This document shows, in pieces, positions 10,938 through 20,590 of a DNA stretch of 64,000 bases. This DNA comes from an uncultured Desulfospira sp. (GTDB taxonomy: Bacteria; Desulfobacterota; Desulfobacteria; Desulfobacterales; Desulfobacteraceae): positions 3,424,001 through 3,488,000 of the forward strand of contig OY760175.1 of the NCBI GenBank assembly GCA_963663165.1. Direction: 5' to 3'. The notes beneath the pieces were generated by a model, which was not told the origin of the DNA, did no database searches, and saw nothing but the letters and a program-made list of their open reading frames with translations. Numbering within the stretch: the stretch's first letter is position 1; the number at the start of each line of letters is the position of its first letter. Made by a program: the position numbers and the translations under genes.

Positions 10938-11936
10938 CTAAAACTGCCCTAGAAAACGAACGTCGTTTTCAAAAAATTTTCTTATATCATCAATACCGTA
11001 TTTGAGCATGGCCATTCGTTCAATGCCCACACCAAAGGCAAACCCGGTATACATATCCGTATCATATCCCACATTTTCAAACACGGCTGGGTGGACCATT
11101 CCCGAGCCCAATACTTCAAGCCACCCGGTTTTGGAGCAGATCCGGCATCCCTTTCCCCGGCACATCACACATTGGATATCCACCTCTGCGCTGGGTTCGG
11201 TAAAGGGGAAAAAACTGGGGCGGAATCTAAGGGAAGTCTGTTCATCAAAAAACTGGTGAACAAAGGTGGTCAAAACCCCTTTCAGGTCGCCAAAGGAAAT
11301 GTTTTTATCCACCATAAGCCCTTCAATCTGGTGAAACATGGGGGTATGGGTCAGATCCGAGTCACACCGGAAGACTTTTCCCGGAGAGATGATGCGGACA
11401 GGCGGCTGGGTTTTCTCCATGGCCCTGGGCTGGGAACCCGAGGTATGGGTCCTTAACACGATATTGTCAGACAGGTAAAACGTATCCTGCATATCCCTGG
11501 CCGGGTGGTATTTGGGGATGTTCAGGGCCTCGAAATTATAGTAGTCCGTTTCAACTTCCGGGCCTTCGGCAATGTCAAACCCCAACCGCATAAAAATACC
11601 GCAGATTTCATCTAAAACCTGGGTAATGGGATGAAGGGATCCTCTGGCGGGAGCCCGGCCGGGAAGGGTGACGTCCAGGGCTTCAATATCTTGGTTGGCC
11701 GCAAGATCCGAACGGGTTTCCCGGATGATTTTTTCAAGCCTGACCTTAAGGAGGTTGGCATTTTTCCCGGCCAGGGGGCGCTCATCCTCGGGCAGAGAGG
11801 AAATATTCCTCAAAAAACCGGTCAGAATCCCTTTCCGGCCCAGGTACTGGGTTGAAATCTGTTCAAGTTCTTCCTGGGATGCTGCCGTCCGGATACAATC
11901 CAAGGCCTGCTTTTCAATATCCTCAATGCTGTTCAA
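10938..11936 (-). CDS. pheS: Phenylalanine--tRNA ligase alpha subunit
   Basis: HPARDMQDTFY, FRPSFFPFTEPS and GFAFG motifs. Confidence 0.99.
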   Translation of the reverse strand: MNSIEDIEKQALDCIRTAASQEELEQISTQYLGRKGILTGFLRNISSLPEDERPLAGKNANLLKVRLEKIIRETRSDLAANQDIEALDVTLPGRAPARGSLHPITQVLDEICGIFMRLGFDIAEGPEVETDYYNFEALNIPKYHPARDMQDTFYLSDNIVLRTHTSGSQPRAMEKTQPPVRIISPGKVFRCDSDLTHTPMFHQIEGLMVDKNISFGDLKGVLTTFVHQFFDEQTSLRFRPSFFPFTEPSAEVDIQCVMCRGKGCRICSKTGWLEVLGSGMVHPAVFENVGYDTDMYTGFAFGVGIERMAMLKYGIDDIRKFFENDVRFLGQF

Positions 11937-11961
11937 AATATCCCCGCTGTGTGCGTTTTAT

Positions 11962-12315
11962 CTAGTTCAGTTGGGCGACTGCCTGGGATGCAAGTTTGGA
12001 AAATCCGGCAGGATCGGAAATGGCCAGGTCTGCCAGCACTTTTCTGTCCAGTTCGCTGCCCGCCAGTTTCAGGCCGTTCATGAACCGGGAATAAGACAGG
12101 TCATTCATTCTTGCCCCGGCATTGATTCTGACAATCCAGAGCTTTCTAAAATCTCTTTTTCTGGCCCGCCGGTCCCGGTAAGCATACATTAATGCCTTGT
12201 CCACAGAGTCGGCCGCAGTTCTGTACAGTTTGCTTCTTCCCCCTCTAAACCCCTTTGCGAGCTTGAGAACTTTATTTCTTCTTCTTCTTGCCTTGAATCC
12301 TCTTTTAACTCTCAT
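11962..12315 (-). CDS. rplT: 50S ribosomal protein L20
   Basis: [25 protein letters not shown] motifs. Confidence 0.99.
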   Translation of the reverse strand: MRVKRGFKARRRRNKVLKLAKGFRGGRSKLYRTAADSVDKALMYAYRDRRARKRDFRKLWIVRINAGARMNDLSYSRFMNGLKLAGSELDRKVLADLAISDPAGFSKLASQAVAQLN

Positions 12316-12400
12316 CTTAACCTTAACTCCTCATTGATATTCGGCGTTGCGTTCTAAATTTTAGACCTTATAGAAGGCAATGCCGGCGCTTTAGGTTTGA

Positions 12401-12598
12401 TTACCCATTGGGCAGCAGCCGCCGGACCTCTTTCATGTTGGCGTCTTCGATTATCTGATCCTGACGGAAAGACCGTTTTCTTTTAGTGGTCTTCTTGGTC
12501 AAAATATGGCTGGCATGGGATTTACGGAATTTGTACTTTCCGGACCCGGTTTTTTTAAATCTTTTTGCTGCCGCTCTGTTGGTCTTGATCTTCGGCAT
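12401..12598 (-). CDS. rpmI: 50S ribosomal protein L35
   Basis: [28 protein letters not shown] motifs. Confidence 0.99.
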   Translation of the reverse strand: MPKIKTNRAAAKRFKKTGSGKYKFRKSHASHILTKKTTKRKRSFRQDQIIEDANMKEVRRLLPNG

Positions 12599-12728
12599 AA
12601 CAACCTTCCTTTATGGGTTATAATTTTCTAAAAAGAGAAGGTGGTATATTTAAACAAACGATATACCACCAGTCTTTGGTCAATATCCTAATTACAAAAT
12701 TTGGTCTGTGCTTTTACTTAGGGATAAT

Positions 12729-13250
12729 TTATTTGGGTCCTAGAAGCATGGTAATTATCCGGCCTTCAAATTTGGGCGGCTGTTCAACAACGGCAAATTC
12801 TTCGGTCATGTCGATTATCTTTTCCAGAATAATCCCGGCCTGTTCCTTGAGCATGATTTCCCTGCCCCGGAAAACCAGCGTTATTTTGACCTTATCGTTT
12901 TTAGCAATGAATTTTTCAATATGCCGGACTTTTGTTGACAGGTCATGATCATCGGTTTTCGGCCTGACCTTAATCTCCTTGATTTGAACAGTTTTCTGCT
13001 TCCGCTTGGCCTCCTGTTTCTTTTTGGTCACTTCATACTTATATTTTCCATGATCCATTATCTTGCAGACAGGGGGTTTTGCATTCGGAGATACCTCAAC
13101 CAGATCAAGGTTTTCCTCCTGAGCTATTTTTAATGCCTCTTCCAAAGGCATGATCCCAACCTGCTCGCCGTCAGAACCGACCACTCGAACCTCATTGGCT
13201 CTGATCCCTTTATTCACAATAGTTTGATCCTGCTTGCCTCTCTTAGATAT
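12729..13250 (-). CDS. infC: Translation initiation factor IF-3 (probable non-canonical ATA start; in-frame ATG at 13256 is the alternative)
   Basis: LDLVEVSPNAKPPVCKIMD.GKYKY and KEIK.RP motifs. The SD AGGAGGT abuts the ATG, while ATA sits at normal spacing. Confidence 0.95.
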   Translation of the reverse strand: MSKRGKQDQTIVNKGIRANEVRVVGSDGEQVGIMPLEEALKIAQEENLDLVEVSPNAKPPVCKIMDHGKYKYEVTKKKQEAKRKQKTVQIKEIKVRPKTDDHDLSTKVRHIEKFIAKNDKVKITLVFRGREIMLKEQAGIILEKIIDMTEEFAVVEQPPKFEGRIITMLLGPK

Positions 13251-13410
13251 TTTCATACCTCCTGCTTCAATTATCCGTTTTGTAATTCCGGCCCTCTTAA
13301 ACCCAAGCCGGGCACATTCTTCACAGAACCAAGTATAACCTTGCAATCATAATGTCTTTTTTGAAACAAATCAAGCATTAATTGATGCTGCTTTGGGGAA
13401 GAGACCCTCT

Positions 13411-13926
13411 TCACCTGCGCCCCTGGTCCAGCGTATACGCTTCCAGAATACTGTCTTTCCAGTAAAGATTATCTTTCTTATTAAAGAATTCGCAAAAAAG
13501 ATCAAGGCTTTTTTGCCGGCATATCCCGGGGACGACGGTGATGTTGCAATCACGGTAAAGGGGCGGCAGCCCGCTCAGATCACAGGCGGTGCCGCCGCCC
13601 ATCACATCTTCATAGGCATAAACAATGGTCTTTATTCCGGAAAGAATAATCGCCCCGTAGCACATGAGGCAGGGCTCCATGGTGGCAAACAGCACGGCTT
13701 GAGAGGGAATAAAAGTCTCTGTACAGGATTCAAGATTTTTTAAGGCCCGGATTTCCGCATGATCCACTTCGCTGAAAAAAGAATTGTCAGGACCGGTCCC
13801 TTTTCTTGATCCCTCTGCAATGACACGGTTATTTTGTACAACAACGCACCCTACAGGGAACTCACCCTGGTCAAGCGCTGTCCGGGCCTGGGCCAGGGCC
13901 AAATCCATGAACCTTACATAATCCAT
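13411..13926 (-). CDS. Zn-dependent nucleoside/tRNA deaminase (TadA/CDA-like)
   Basis: GEFPVG, HAE and EPCLMC motifs. Confidence 0.88.
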   Translation of the reverse strand: MDYVRFMDLALAQARTALDQGEFPVGCVVVQNNRVIAEGSRKGTGPDNSFFSEVDHAEIRALKNLESCTETFIPSQAVLFATMEPCLMCYGAIILSGIKTIVYAYEDVMGGGTACDLSGLPPLYRDCNITVVPGICRQKSLDLFCEFFNKKDNLYWKDSILEAYTLDQGRR

Positions 13927-13954
13927 CTTAATCTTTTGCCTCCATTTTACTATA

Positions 13955-14030
13955 GGGATTTAGACTGAAGGCTGAAGGGGTTTAGGGCTGTGCATTCCTT
14001 CAGTCTAACCACCTTCAGTCTAACCACCTT
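13955..14030. repeat. Repeat family C: TAGACTGAAGG / CCTTCAGTCTA short-unit inverted-repeat cluster
   Basis: GACTGAAGGCTGAAGG followed by tandem CCTTCAGTCTAACCA x2; same units occur at 61912-61983. Confidence 0.7.
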
Positions 14031-14165
14031 TTTTACAATTTGTCACGGATAACCCAATATTATTCCAGGTCATAAATACACTCACCCGCCCCCCAACCAC
14101 TATTTATATTGATTTTTCCTGCTCCTGCCGTTAAGTATGTCAAATATCTTTAAGTTAAAACAAAT

Positions 14166-15269
14166 ATGAATATGACACAAGCCAGCCCCATACCGGATAC
14201 CGGAAAAAATGACTTCTCCATAAGGGAAATGTTCCAGGAAAGGGAACGCAGCTTTCTTTCCGGATACGCCAGCCCCAGTGACAAGGCAACCAGAAGAAAG
14301 CCTGAGGAATCCGTATGTGAGATCCGGACACCCTATCAGCTTGACCGGGACCGAATTGTTTATTCCAACGCTTTCAGACGTCTTAAATACAAAACCCAGG
14401 TATTTTTATCTCCCCTTGGCGACCATTACAGAACCCGTCTGACCCATACTCTGGAAGTTAATGAAATCGCCAGAAACATTGCCAGGGCCATGAAAATGAA
14501 TGAAGACCTTGCCGAGGCCATTGCCCTTGGGCATGACCTTGGCCATACCCCGTTCGGCCACGGGGGCGAGACGGCCTTAATTGAGACCTATTCCGCCCAT
14601 TTTACCCATTCAGACCAGAGCCTTCGCGTGGTGGACTTCCTGGAGAACAGGGGGCGCGGCCTGAATTTGACCCGGGAGGTCAGGGATGGAATCCTTAAGC
14701 ATTCCAAAGGGTTCGGCAACATTATCCCCGCCACCCCCGGAGAAACTGCGGCTACCCTGGAAGGCCGGATCGTCCGGGTGGCCGATATCATGGCCTATTT
14801 AAACCATGACCTGGATGATGCCCTGAGGGGAAAGGTTATCCGGCTTGATGACGTGCCGGGCATCTGTGTCAAAAAACTGGGAAAAACCCATTCTCAACGG
14901 GCCAGCACCATGATTGCCAACCTTGTTTACCACAGCGGCCCGAAAAACGGCAAATTCGTTCTGGATATGGGAGAAGACCTTTTCCGGGCCATGACCATTT
15001 TAAGACAATTCTTATACGAAAAGGTATACCGGGCCCCGGCCGTCCATAATGAATTTGTAAAAGTCAAAAAAATTATTACCGGATTATACCGGTACTTTCT
15101 GGACAATCCTGAATTTCTCCAGGCAGAACTTGAAAAGATGGAAATGGCGCCCTGGGATCCGTCAAAAAATTCCCTGGAACGGTCTGTGTGTGACGCTATT
15201 GCCTCCATGACCGACCGGTACGCCCTCCAATTATACCAAAAACTGTTCTTTCCCAAACCCCTGGTCTAA
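14166..15269 (+). CDS. dgt: Deoxyguanosinetriphosphate triphosphohydrolase-like HD protein
   Basis: RRLKYKTQVF, RTRLTHTLEV, HDLGHTPFGH.GE and MTDRYA motifs. Confidence 0.93.
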   Translation: MNMTQASPIPDTGKNDFSIREMFQERERSFLSGYASPSDKATRRKPEESVCEIRTPYQLDRDRIVYSNAFRRLKYKTQVFLSPLGDHYRTRLTHTLEVNEIARNIARAMKMNEDLAEAIALGHDLGHTPFGHGGETALIETYSAHFTHSDQSLRVVDFLENRGRGLNLTREVRDGILKHSKGFGNIIPATPGETAATLEGRIVRVADIMAYLNHDLDDALRGKVIRLDDVPGICVKKLGKTHSQRASTMIANLVYHSGPKNGKFVLDMGEDLFRAMTILRQFLYEKVYRAPAVHNEFVKVKKIITGLYRYFLDNPEFLQAELEKMEMAPWDPSKNSLERSVCDAIASMTDRYALQLYQKLFFPKPLV

Positions 15270-15274
15270 ACCCT

Positions 15275-15853
15275 TTGAGCCCTGTGAATCCCAACGTGTT
15301 TGCCCCATTATCGGCTCTTTACCGCGCCATGGATGACGCTTTTGCCCGAACCGCCCGCCGGTACGGATTTATCTGCCAGGGATGTGAGGATAATTGCTGT
15401 AAATCCTTATTCTTTCATCACACTTTTGTGGAAAAAGCCTATATTACCCATGGGTTTCTTGAGCTTGCCTCACCAGTAAGGGAAGCGGTCACCCGAAAAG
15501 CCCGGGGGTATGTGGAAAAAACCTTTTCCAGTGAAACCGGTGCAGGCCCGCCCCAATCCCTTGGCCTGATGTGCCCTTTAAATGAAAATGGAAGATGTTC
15601 CCTATATGCATTCCGGCCCATGATCTGCCGGCTTCACGGCCTGCCCCATGAATTTTTACGGCCGGATGGCAGATTGATCAAGGGACCGGGATGTGCGGCC
15701 GGTGAATTTGACAAACAGGCCTATACCCCCTTTGAGCGGACCCCTTTTTACCAGGAGCTTGCCCGGGTGGAAATGCAGTTTCGGCAGCAGCACCAAAAAA
15801 CCGGCAAGCTCAAACAAACAGTGGCTCAAATCATCCTTGACAGCCAAGCCTAA
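15275..15853 (+). CDS. YkgJ-like Cys-cluster (CxxCxxxCC) protein
   Basis: CQGCEDNCC, CPL...C..Y..RPMICR motifs. Confidence 0.8.
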   Translation: MSPVNPNVFAPLSALYRAMDDAFARTARRYGFICQGCEDNCCKSLFFHHTFVEKAYITHGFLELASPVREAVTRKARGYVEKTFSSETGAGPPQSLGLMCPLNENGRCSLYAFRPMICRLHGLPHEFLRPDGRLIKGPGCAAGEFDKQAYTPFERTPFYQELARVEMQFRQQHQKTGKLKQTVAQIILDSQA

Positions 15854-15879
15854 AATTATCCTTTAAACCAAATTTTTTC

Positions 15880-15933
15880 TTGACACTTTTTAATTTTGAA
15901 TTAATCTTAATTATACCCTACAGGGGTATGGTA
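15880..15933 (+). promoter_or_regulatory. Sigma70-like promoter and CsoR operator of csoR-copZ-copA
   Basis: TTGACA (15880-15885), TAATCT (15902-15907), then the C/G-tract pseudo-palindrome ATACCCTACAGGGGTATGGTA (15913-15933) typical of CsoR operators. Confidence 0.8.
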
Positions 15934-15956
15934 AAAAACCACCTTGGAGGCAACCC

Positions 15957-16235
15957 ATGGTCAACGAAGAGACCAAAAAAGCAGCCCTGACCCGGCTTAA
16001 AAAAATTGAAGGCCAGATCAGGGGAATTGCACGGATGATTGAGACTGAAAAATACTGCATTGATATCATCAATCAGGTTACAGCCGCAGAAAAAGCGCTT
16101 CACGGCGTGTCTAAAATTATCATGAAGCGCCATGTGGAGTCCTGTGTCACCGAGGCCATTCAACAGGGCCAGGGCCAGGCGAAAATAGATGAACTGATCG
16201 AGACGGTGTTTAAATATTCAACCAAATCAAAATAA
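15957..16235 (+). CDS. csoR: Copper-sensing repressor, CsoR family
   Basis: RLKKIEGQIRGI..M...YCIDI.Q and H..SC (Cys-His-Cys ligand set). Confidence 0.93.
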   Translation: MVNEETKKAALTRLKKIEGQIRGIARMIETEKYCIDIINQVTAAEKALHGVSKIIMKRHVESCVTEAIQQGQGQAKIDELIETVFKYSTKSK

Positions 16236-16246
16236 AGGATACCCCC

Positions 16247-16453
16247 ATGAAAATACAATTACATATTGACGGAATGGCATGCCATCACTGCTCAGGAAGG
16301 GTCCAAAAATTTCTGGAGTCCAAAGATGGCATCTCAGACATAGACGTAAGCCTTGAAAAAAAGGGGGCTCAATTTTTCTGTGAGGAAAATGTCGATGTGG
16401 ATGGCATTGTCAAGGGCATTACCGAGTTAGGGTATAAAACTGTTAAACAATAG
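16247..16453 (+). CDS. copZ: Copper chaperone (HMA domain)
   Basis: GMACHHC motif; 68 aa; lies between csoR and copA. Confidence 0.9.
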   Translation: MKIQLHIDGMACHHCSGRVQKFLESKDGISDIDVSLEKKGAQFFCEENVDVDGIVKGITELGYKTVKQ

Positions 16454-16471
16454 AGGCCGCCAAGAAACGCC

Positions 16472-18916
16472 ATGATACAGCAAGAAGACATATCAGTTTA
16501 CGGGATGATGTGTTCCCATTGTGAAGCAGCGGTAACCAAGGCGCTGCTTCAATCTCCGGGGGTCGATACCGCCAATGCCTTTCATGAAGACAACCGGGTT
16601 CAGGTAGCCTTTGACACGGAACAGACCAATCCGGAAAAACTCAAACTGGTTATCGTTGAGCAGGGGTATTCCCTTGATCCCCCGGCCCAGGAAAGCCTCG
16701 AGCCTGAACCGGAACAGGTTGAAACCATAAAAGAGGAACCGGACCCGGCAAATTTAAAAGAGGTTTGCTTCGGCATCCAGGGTATGAGCTGCGCCAACTG
16801 TGCCCTTGCCATTGAAAAAGCCTTTAAAGGGGTAGAGGGGGTTAAGAAATCCAGCATCAACCTGCCCCTTGAACGGGGGGTGGTTTCCTATGATCCGGCC
16901 CTGATGGATGAAGCCCGGGTCCTGAACATCGTGAACAATGCCGGCTACCGGGCCGTCAAACAAGATAACCAGGATGGCCCGTCTTCTAAAGCGGAAAGCT
17001 TCAGGTTCTACTTTGCCCTGGGGCTGACCATCCCCATGATGATACTCATGCAGGCCAAAATCATTCCCATGCCGGCGGCCAATTACACCCTTTTTGTTCT
17101 GGCCACCCTGGTCCAGGCTGTATCCGGGATGGCCTTTTACAGGGGGGCCTGGTTTTCCCTGAAGAATAAAACCGCCAACATGGACGTGCTGGTCTCTTTG
17201 GGCATTTTTTCAGCCTATGCCTATTCCGTATATTCCCTTTTTTTCCGGAATCCTTCCACCATGGCATATTTTGACACCTCGGCCATGATCACCACCTTTA
17301 TTCTGCTGGGAAAAATGCTGGAAAGCCGGGCCAAAGGAAAGACCGGACAGGCGTTAAAAGAACTTCTGGCCTTAAACCCGGACAAGGCCAGAATCATCCG
17401 GAACAATGACATTGAAGAGGATATATCGCCGGCCATGCTTGAAAAAGGGGACCGGGTAAAGGTCCTTGCCGGAGAAAAAATACCGGTTGACGGGGTTATT
17501 CTTGACGGCCACACCTTTGTGGATGAATCCATGATCACCGGCGAATCCCTGCCTGTGGAAAAGGTCAGGCAGGACCCGGTTACCGGCGGCACCATCAACC
17601 AGTCCGGAGCCATTGTCGTTGAGACCTTAAAAACAGGGAATGACACCCTGCTGGCCGGTATTATCAAGATGGTGGAAGACGCCCAGGCCGATAAGGCCCC
17701 CATCCAGAGAATAGCTGACAAGGTATCCAACGTCTTTGTCCCGGCAGTGGTCACCGCTGCCCTGGCAAGCTTTTGTTTCTGGTATTTTATGGCAGACCTT
17801 TCCACGTCAGCCCGGTTTCTGTTTTCCTTTGAACGAATGATTGCTGTTCTGGTCATTGCCTGCCCCTGTGCCTTAGGCCTTGCCACACCGACCGCCATCA
17901 TGGTGGGCTCCGGGGTGGGCTTAAAGCGGGGCATTTTATTTAAAAAAGGATCGGTCCTGGAAAACATTTCCAAACTGGATATTCTCCTGTTTGACAAAAC
18001 CGGCACCCTGACGTCCGGACAACCGGAAGTCACCGGCATATACCCCGCCCCAAACGGGTCGACCAGTGAGCTGCTGTCTTTGGCGGCGAGTGCCGAGGCC
18101 AATTCAACCCACCCCCTGGCCGGGGCCATTATTCAAAAAGCCAAAACAAAAAACGCACCGGTGCAAGCGACAACAGACAGCAGGGAAATCAGCGGGCAGG
18201 GAATTGTCTGCACCCTTTTGGGGTCTTCTTTAAAAGCCGGCAAACGATTTGATGAAGATCAGATGGACCCGGCGCTTGAAACAACGGTGGCCCAGCTTTC
18301 AGATCAAGGCCATTCCCTGGTATTTGTTTCCCTTGACGATCGGGTTAAAGGCGTGATTGCCTTATCAGATCCGGTTAAGCCCGAGGCCGCCAAAGCCGTA
18401 TCCCTTCTCCATAAAGCCGGCATCCGAACGGCCTTGATTTCAGGAGATACCCTGGCATCGGCCCGGTTTGCGGCCAAACAGGCCGGTATCGATCTGGTAG
18501 AGGCCCAGGTGCTGCCCGAGGATAAAATCAAAAAAGTAGAAGAATTTCAGGCCCAGGGGCTTTGTGTGGGGATGGTGGGAGACGGCATCAACGATGCCCC
18601 GGCCCTGGCCCGGGCCGACATCGGCATGGCCATTGGTTCGGGAACCGACGTGGCCAAGGAAACCGGGGATGTGGTCCTGGTAAAGAGCAGTCCCATGGAT
18701 GTGGTCACGGCCATTCAGCTCGGCAGAAAAACCCTTGCTGTGATCAAGCAAAATTTTTTCTGGGCCTTTTTTTACAATGTTCTGATGATTCCCGTTGCCG
18801 CAGGGTTTCTGTATCCGGTTTTTGGCCTGGCCCTGAAACCGGAACTGGCCAGCATTGCCATGTGGCTGTCCTCGTTGACAGTGGTCACCAACTCCCTGAG
18901 GCTGAACCGGTTTTAA
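16472..18916 (+). CDS. copA: Cu(I)-translocating P1B-type ATPase with two N-terminal HMA domains
   Basis: GMxCxxC twice, TGES, CPCALGLATP, DKTGT, GDGINDAP and YN motifs. Confidence 0.96.
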   Translation: MIQQEDISVYGMMCSHCEAAVTKALLQSPGVDTANAFHEDNRVQVAFDTEQTNPEKLKLVIVEQGYSLDPPAQESLEPEPEQVETIKEEPDPANLKEVCFGIQGMSCANCALAIEKAFKGVEGVKKSSINLPLERGVVSYDPALMDEARVLNIVNNAGYRAVKQDNQDGPSSKAESFRFYFALGLTIPMMILMQAKIIPMPAANYTLFVLATLVQAVSGMAFYRGAWFSLKNKTANMDVLVSLGIFSAYAYSVYSLFFRNPSTMAYFDTSAMITTFILLGKMLESRAKGKTGQALKELLALNPDKARIIRNNDIEEDISPAMLEKGDRVKVLAGEKIPVDGVILDGHTFVDESMITGESLPVEKVRQDPVTGGTINQSGAIVVETLKTGNDTLLAGIIKMVEDAQADKAPIQRIADKVSNVFVPAVVTAALASFCFWYFMADLSTSARFLFSFERMIAVLVIACPCALGLATPTAIMVGSGVGLKRGILFKKGSVLENISKLDILLFDKTGTLTSGQPEVTGIYPAPNGSTSELLSLAASAEANSTHPLAGAIIQKAKTKNAPVQATTDSREISGQGIVCTLLGSSLKAGKRFDEDQMDPALETTVAQLSDQGHSLVFVSLDDRVKGVIALSDPVKPEAAKAVSLLHKAGIRTALISGDTLASARFAAKQAGIDLVEAQVLPEDKIKKVEEFQAQGLCVGMVGDGINDAPALARADIGMAIGSGTDVAKETGDVVLVKSSPMDVVTAIQLGRKTLAVIKQNFFWAFFYNVLMIPVAAGFLYPVFGLALKPELASIAMWLSSLTVVTNSLRLNRF

Positions 18917-18996
18917 GTTAAACCCCATACACAGCCCTCTTAATTTGAGCCCGGGGCATGCCGCATTCCAACTTTGATCCCATGGCTTCCCCCAAA

Positions 18997-20391
18997 TTAT
19001 ATGTTTTTGGACAGCAACTGCCCTTCGACAATAGCCTCAAGGCGTTCAACCAGATACAGCGGCAGAGAAATCAAAGGATATGAAACCTGTTTTTGCTCGT
19101 TACCTGTACGGATCAAACAATTGACCTGCTGTATGGACGGCAAAGATGCATCAAACCGAACGGCCAGGGGCGCGGTTTTTGTGCCCATGAACTGGTGCAG
19201 GGATTTGAGTTTGCCTGTGGCACCGGCTTTGACCTCAATGGGAATCACAGCACCCGCCATTGAAGTGACATAATCCACCTCTGCGTTGGAAGATCGGCCC
19301 TGGCGCAGCCAGTAGGTCAATTGCCGGTTTGGCCGGTCTGAAAGCAATGATACCAGGTGCTGCCCAATGAACTGTTCGGCAATAGCGCCTTCATTAATCA
19401 GCTTGATATCCGTCATCTGGGAGGCCAGGTGCCAGTTCAGCCCGCAAATGGCATTCATCAATCCGACATCCAGAAATATGGTTTTAAATACTTTATCTTC
19501 AATATCCGCTTGCAGTGGAAGTCCGGAGCAATGGCTATGGGTTACTTTTTCAATAATGCGTGCCATGGCCAAGAGTTCAATATCCTTTTTAATGGTGACA
19601 CTTTGATCCTGGGATGAAATGTTGCTGTACTTGATTTTTTTTCCCACATTTTTTGCCATAAAGTTAAAAACATTGCGCATGCGGCCCAAATTCCTGGAGC
19701 CGGAATATTTGGGGAAATCTTCCTGGTAAGTTTCGATTATGGAATTATGTACCTGGTCGACATCTTTATAACTTAAGTTCCGGGAAAATACGTTAACGGC
19801 CTCCGGCATACCGCCCACATAAAAATATGACCGCATCAGACTCAATAAGCGTTCATGCGCCACACGGCCTATTTCCCGGCCGAATTCATATTTCTCGATA
19901 AAAGCCTTTAGCGCTTCCTCGCCCATGGCGTCCAGAAATTCTGTAAAGGTCATGGGGCCCATATGCAGGTATTGTATCCTGCCGACAGGCATGGAAAAAG
20001 AGTGGTCAGACAAAACAAATTCAAGCAGAGAACCGGCGCTGATGACGGGAAGATCCGGTTTGTCTTCATAAAAATAACGCAGTGCAGGCACAGCCTCGGG
20101 GACCGCCTGGATCTCATCTAAAAAAAGCAGACTCTCCTGGCCGGCGGCTTTCATGCCCGGCAGGAACTCAATCTGCTGGATAATATCTGTCGGATTTTTG
20201 CTTTCAAAGATACCGGATAATTCCGGATAACGTTCCAAGTTTACGCCCATTAAATTTTTATGATACTCCTGGGCAAACAACGCCACCAATGTCGATTTCC
20301 CGACCTGCCTGGCGCCACGGATAATCAAGGGTTTCCGATTTTTACTGTTTAACCAGTCATTTAAAAATACCAACTGCTGTCTGTGTATCAT
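18997..20391 (-). CDS. AAA_14-type ATPase with DUF4143-like C-terminus (PD-(D/E)xK-like end)
   Basis: GARQVGKST Walker A, LFLDEIQ Walker B, GGMPEAV, DVGL, and EVDY...PIEVKAG. Confidence 0.88.
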   Translation of the reverse strand: MIHRQQLVFLNDWLNSKNRKPLIIRGARQVGKSTLVALFAQEYHKNLMGVNLERYPELSGIFESKNPTDIIQQIEFLPGMKAAGQESLLFLDEIQAVPEAVPALRYFYEDKPDLPVISAGSLLEFVLSDHSFSMPVGRIQYLHMGPMTFTEFLDAMGEEALKAFIEKYEFGREIGRVAHERLLSLMRSYFYVGGMPEAVNVFSRNLSYKDVDQVHNSIIETYQEDFPKYSGSRNLGRMRNVFNFMAKNVGKKIKYSNISSQDQSVTIKKDIELLAMARIIEKVTHSHCSGLPLQADIEDKVFKTIFLDVGLMNAICGLNWHLASQMTDIKLINEGAIAEQFIGQHLVSLLSDRPNRQLTYWLRQGRSSNAEVDYVTSMAGAVIPIEVKAGATGKLKSLHQFMGTKTAPLAVRFDASLPSIQQVNCLIRTGNEQKQVSYPLISLPLYLVERLEAIVEGQLLSKNI

Positions 20392-20590
20392 TTACACCTT
20401 TTACATCATTTTTTCTGGTCCGAAGATTTTTTAAAAATCATCTTATCATGGCTTTATGGAACATATCAATGGCCTTATTATTGTTTTTGGGATGTGTTTT
20501 AATAATATCAGTATTATTTTAAGTGTGTTTTTTTGAGGTGGCGCTCAAATTACCGGATACGGATTAAGCCTCAAACCTGTTGACGGTTGT

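Noticed and set aside
13411..15269. Deaminase plus dGTPase as a nucleotide-depletion anti-phage system
   Set aside because: The genes are divergent, sit among housekeeping loci, and look like the ordinary short TadA-like and Dgt-like families. The deaminase has no kinase-like domain.
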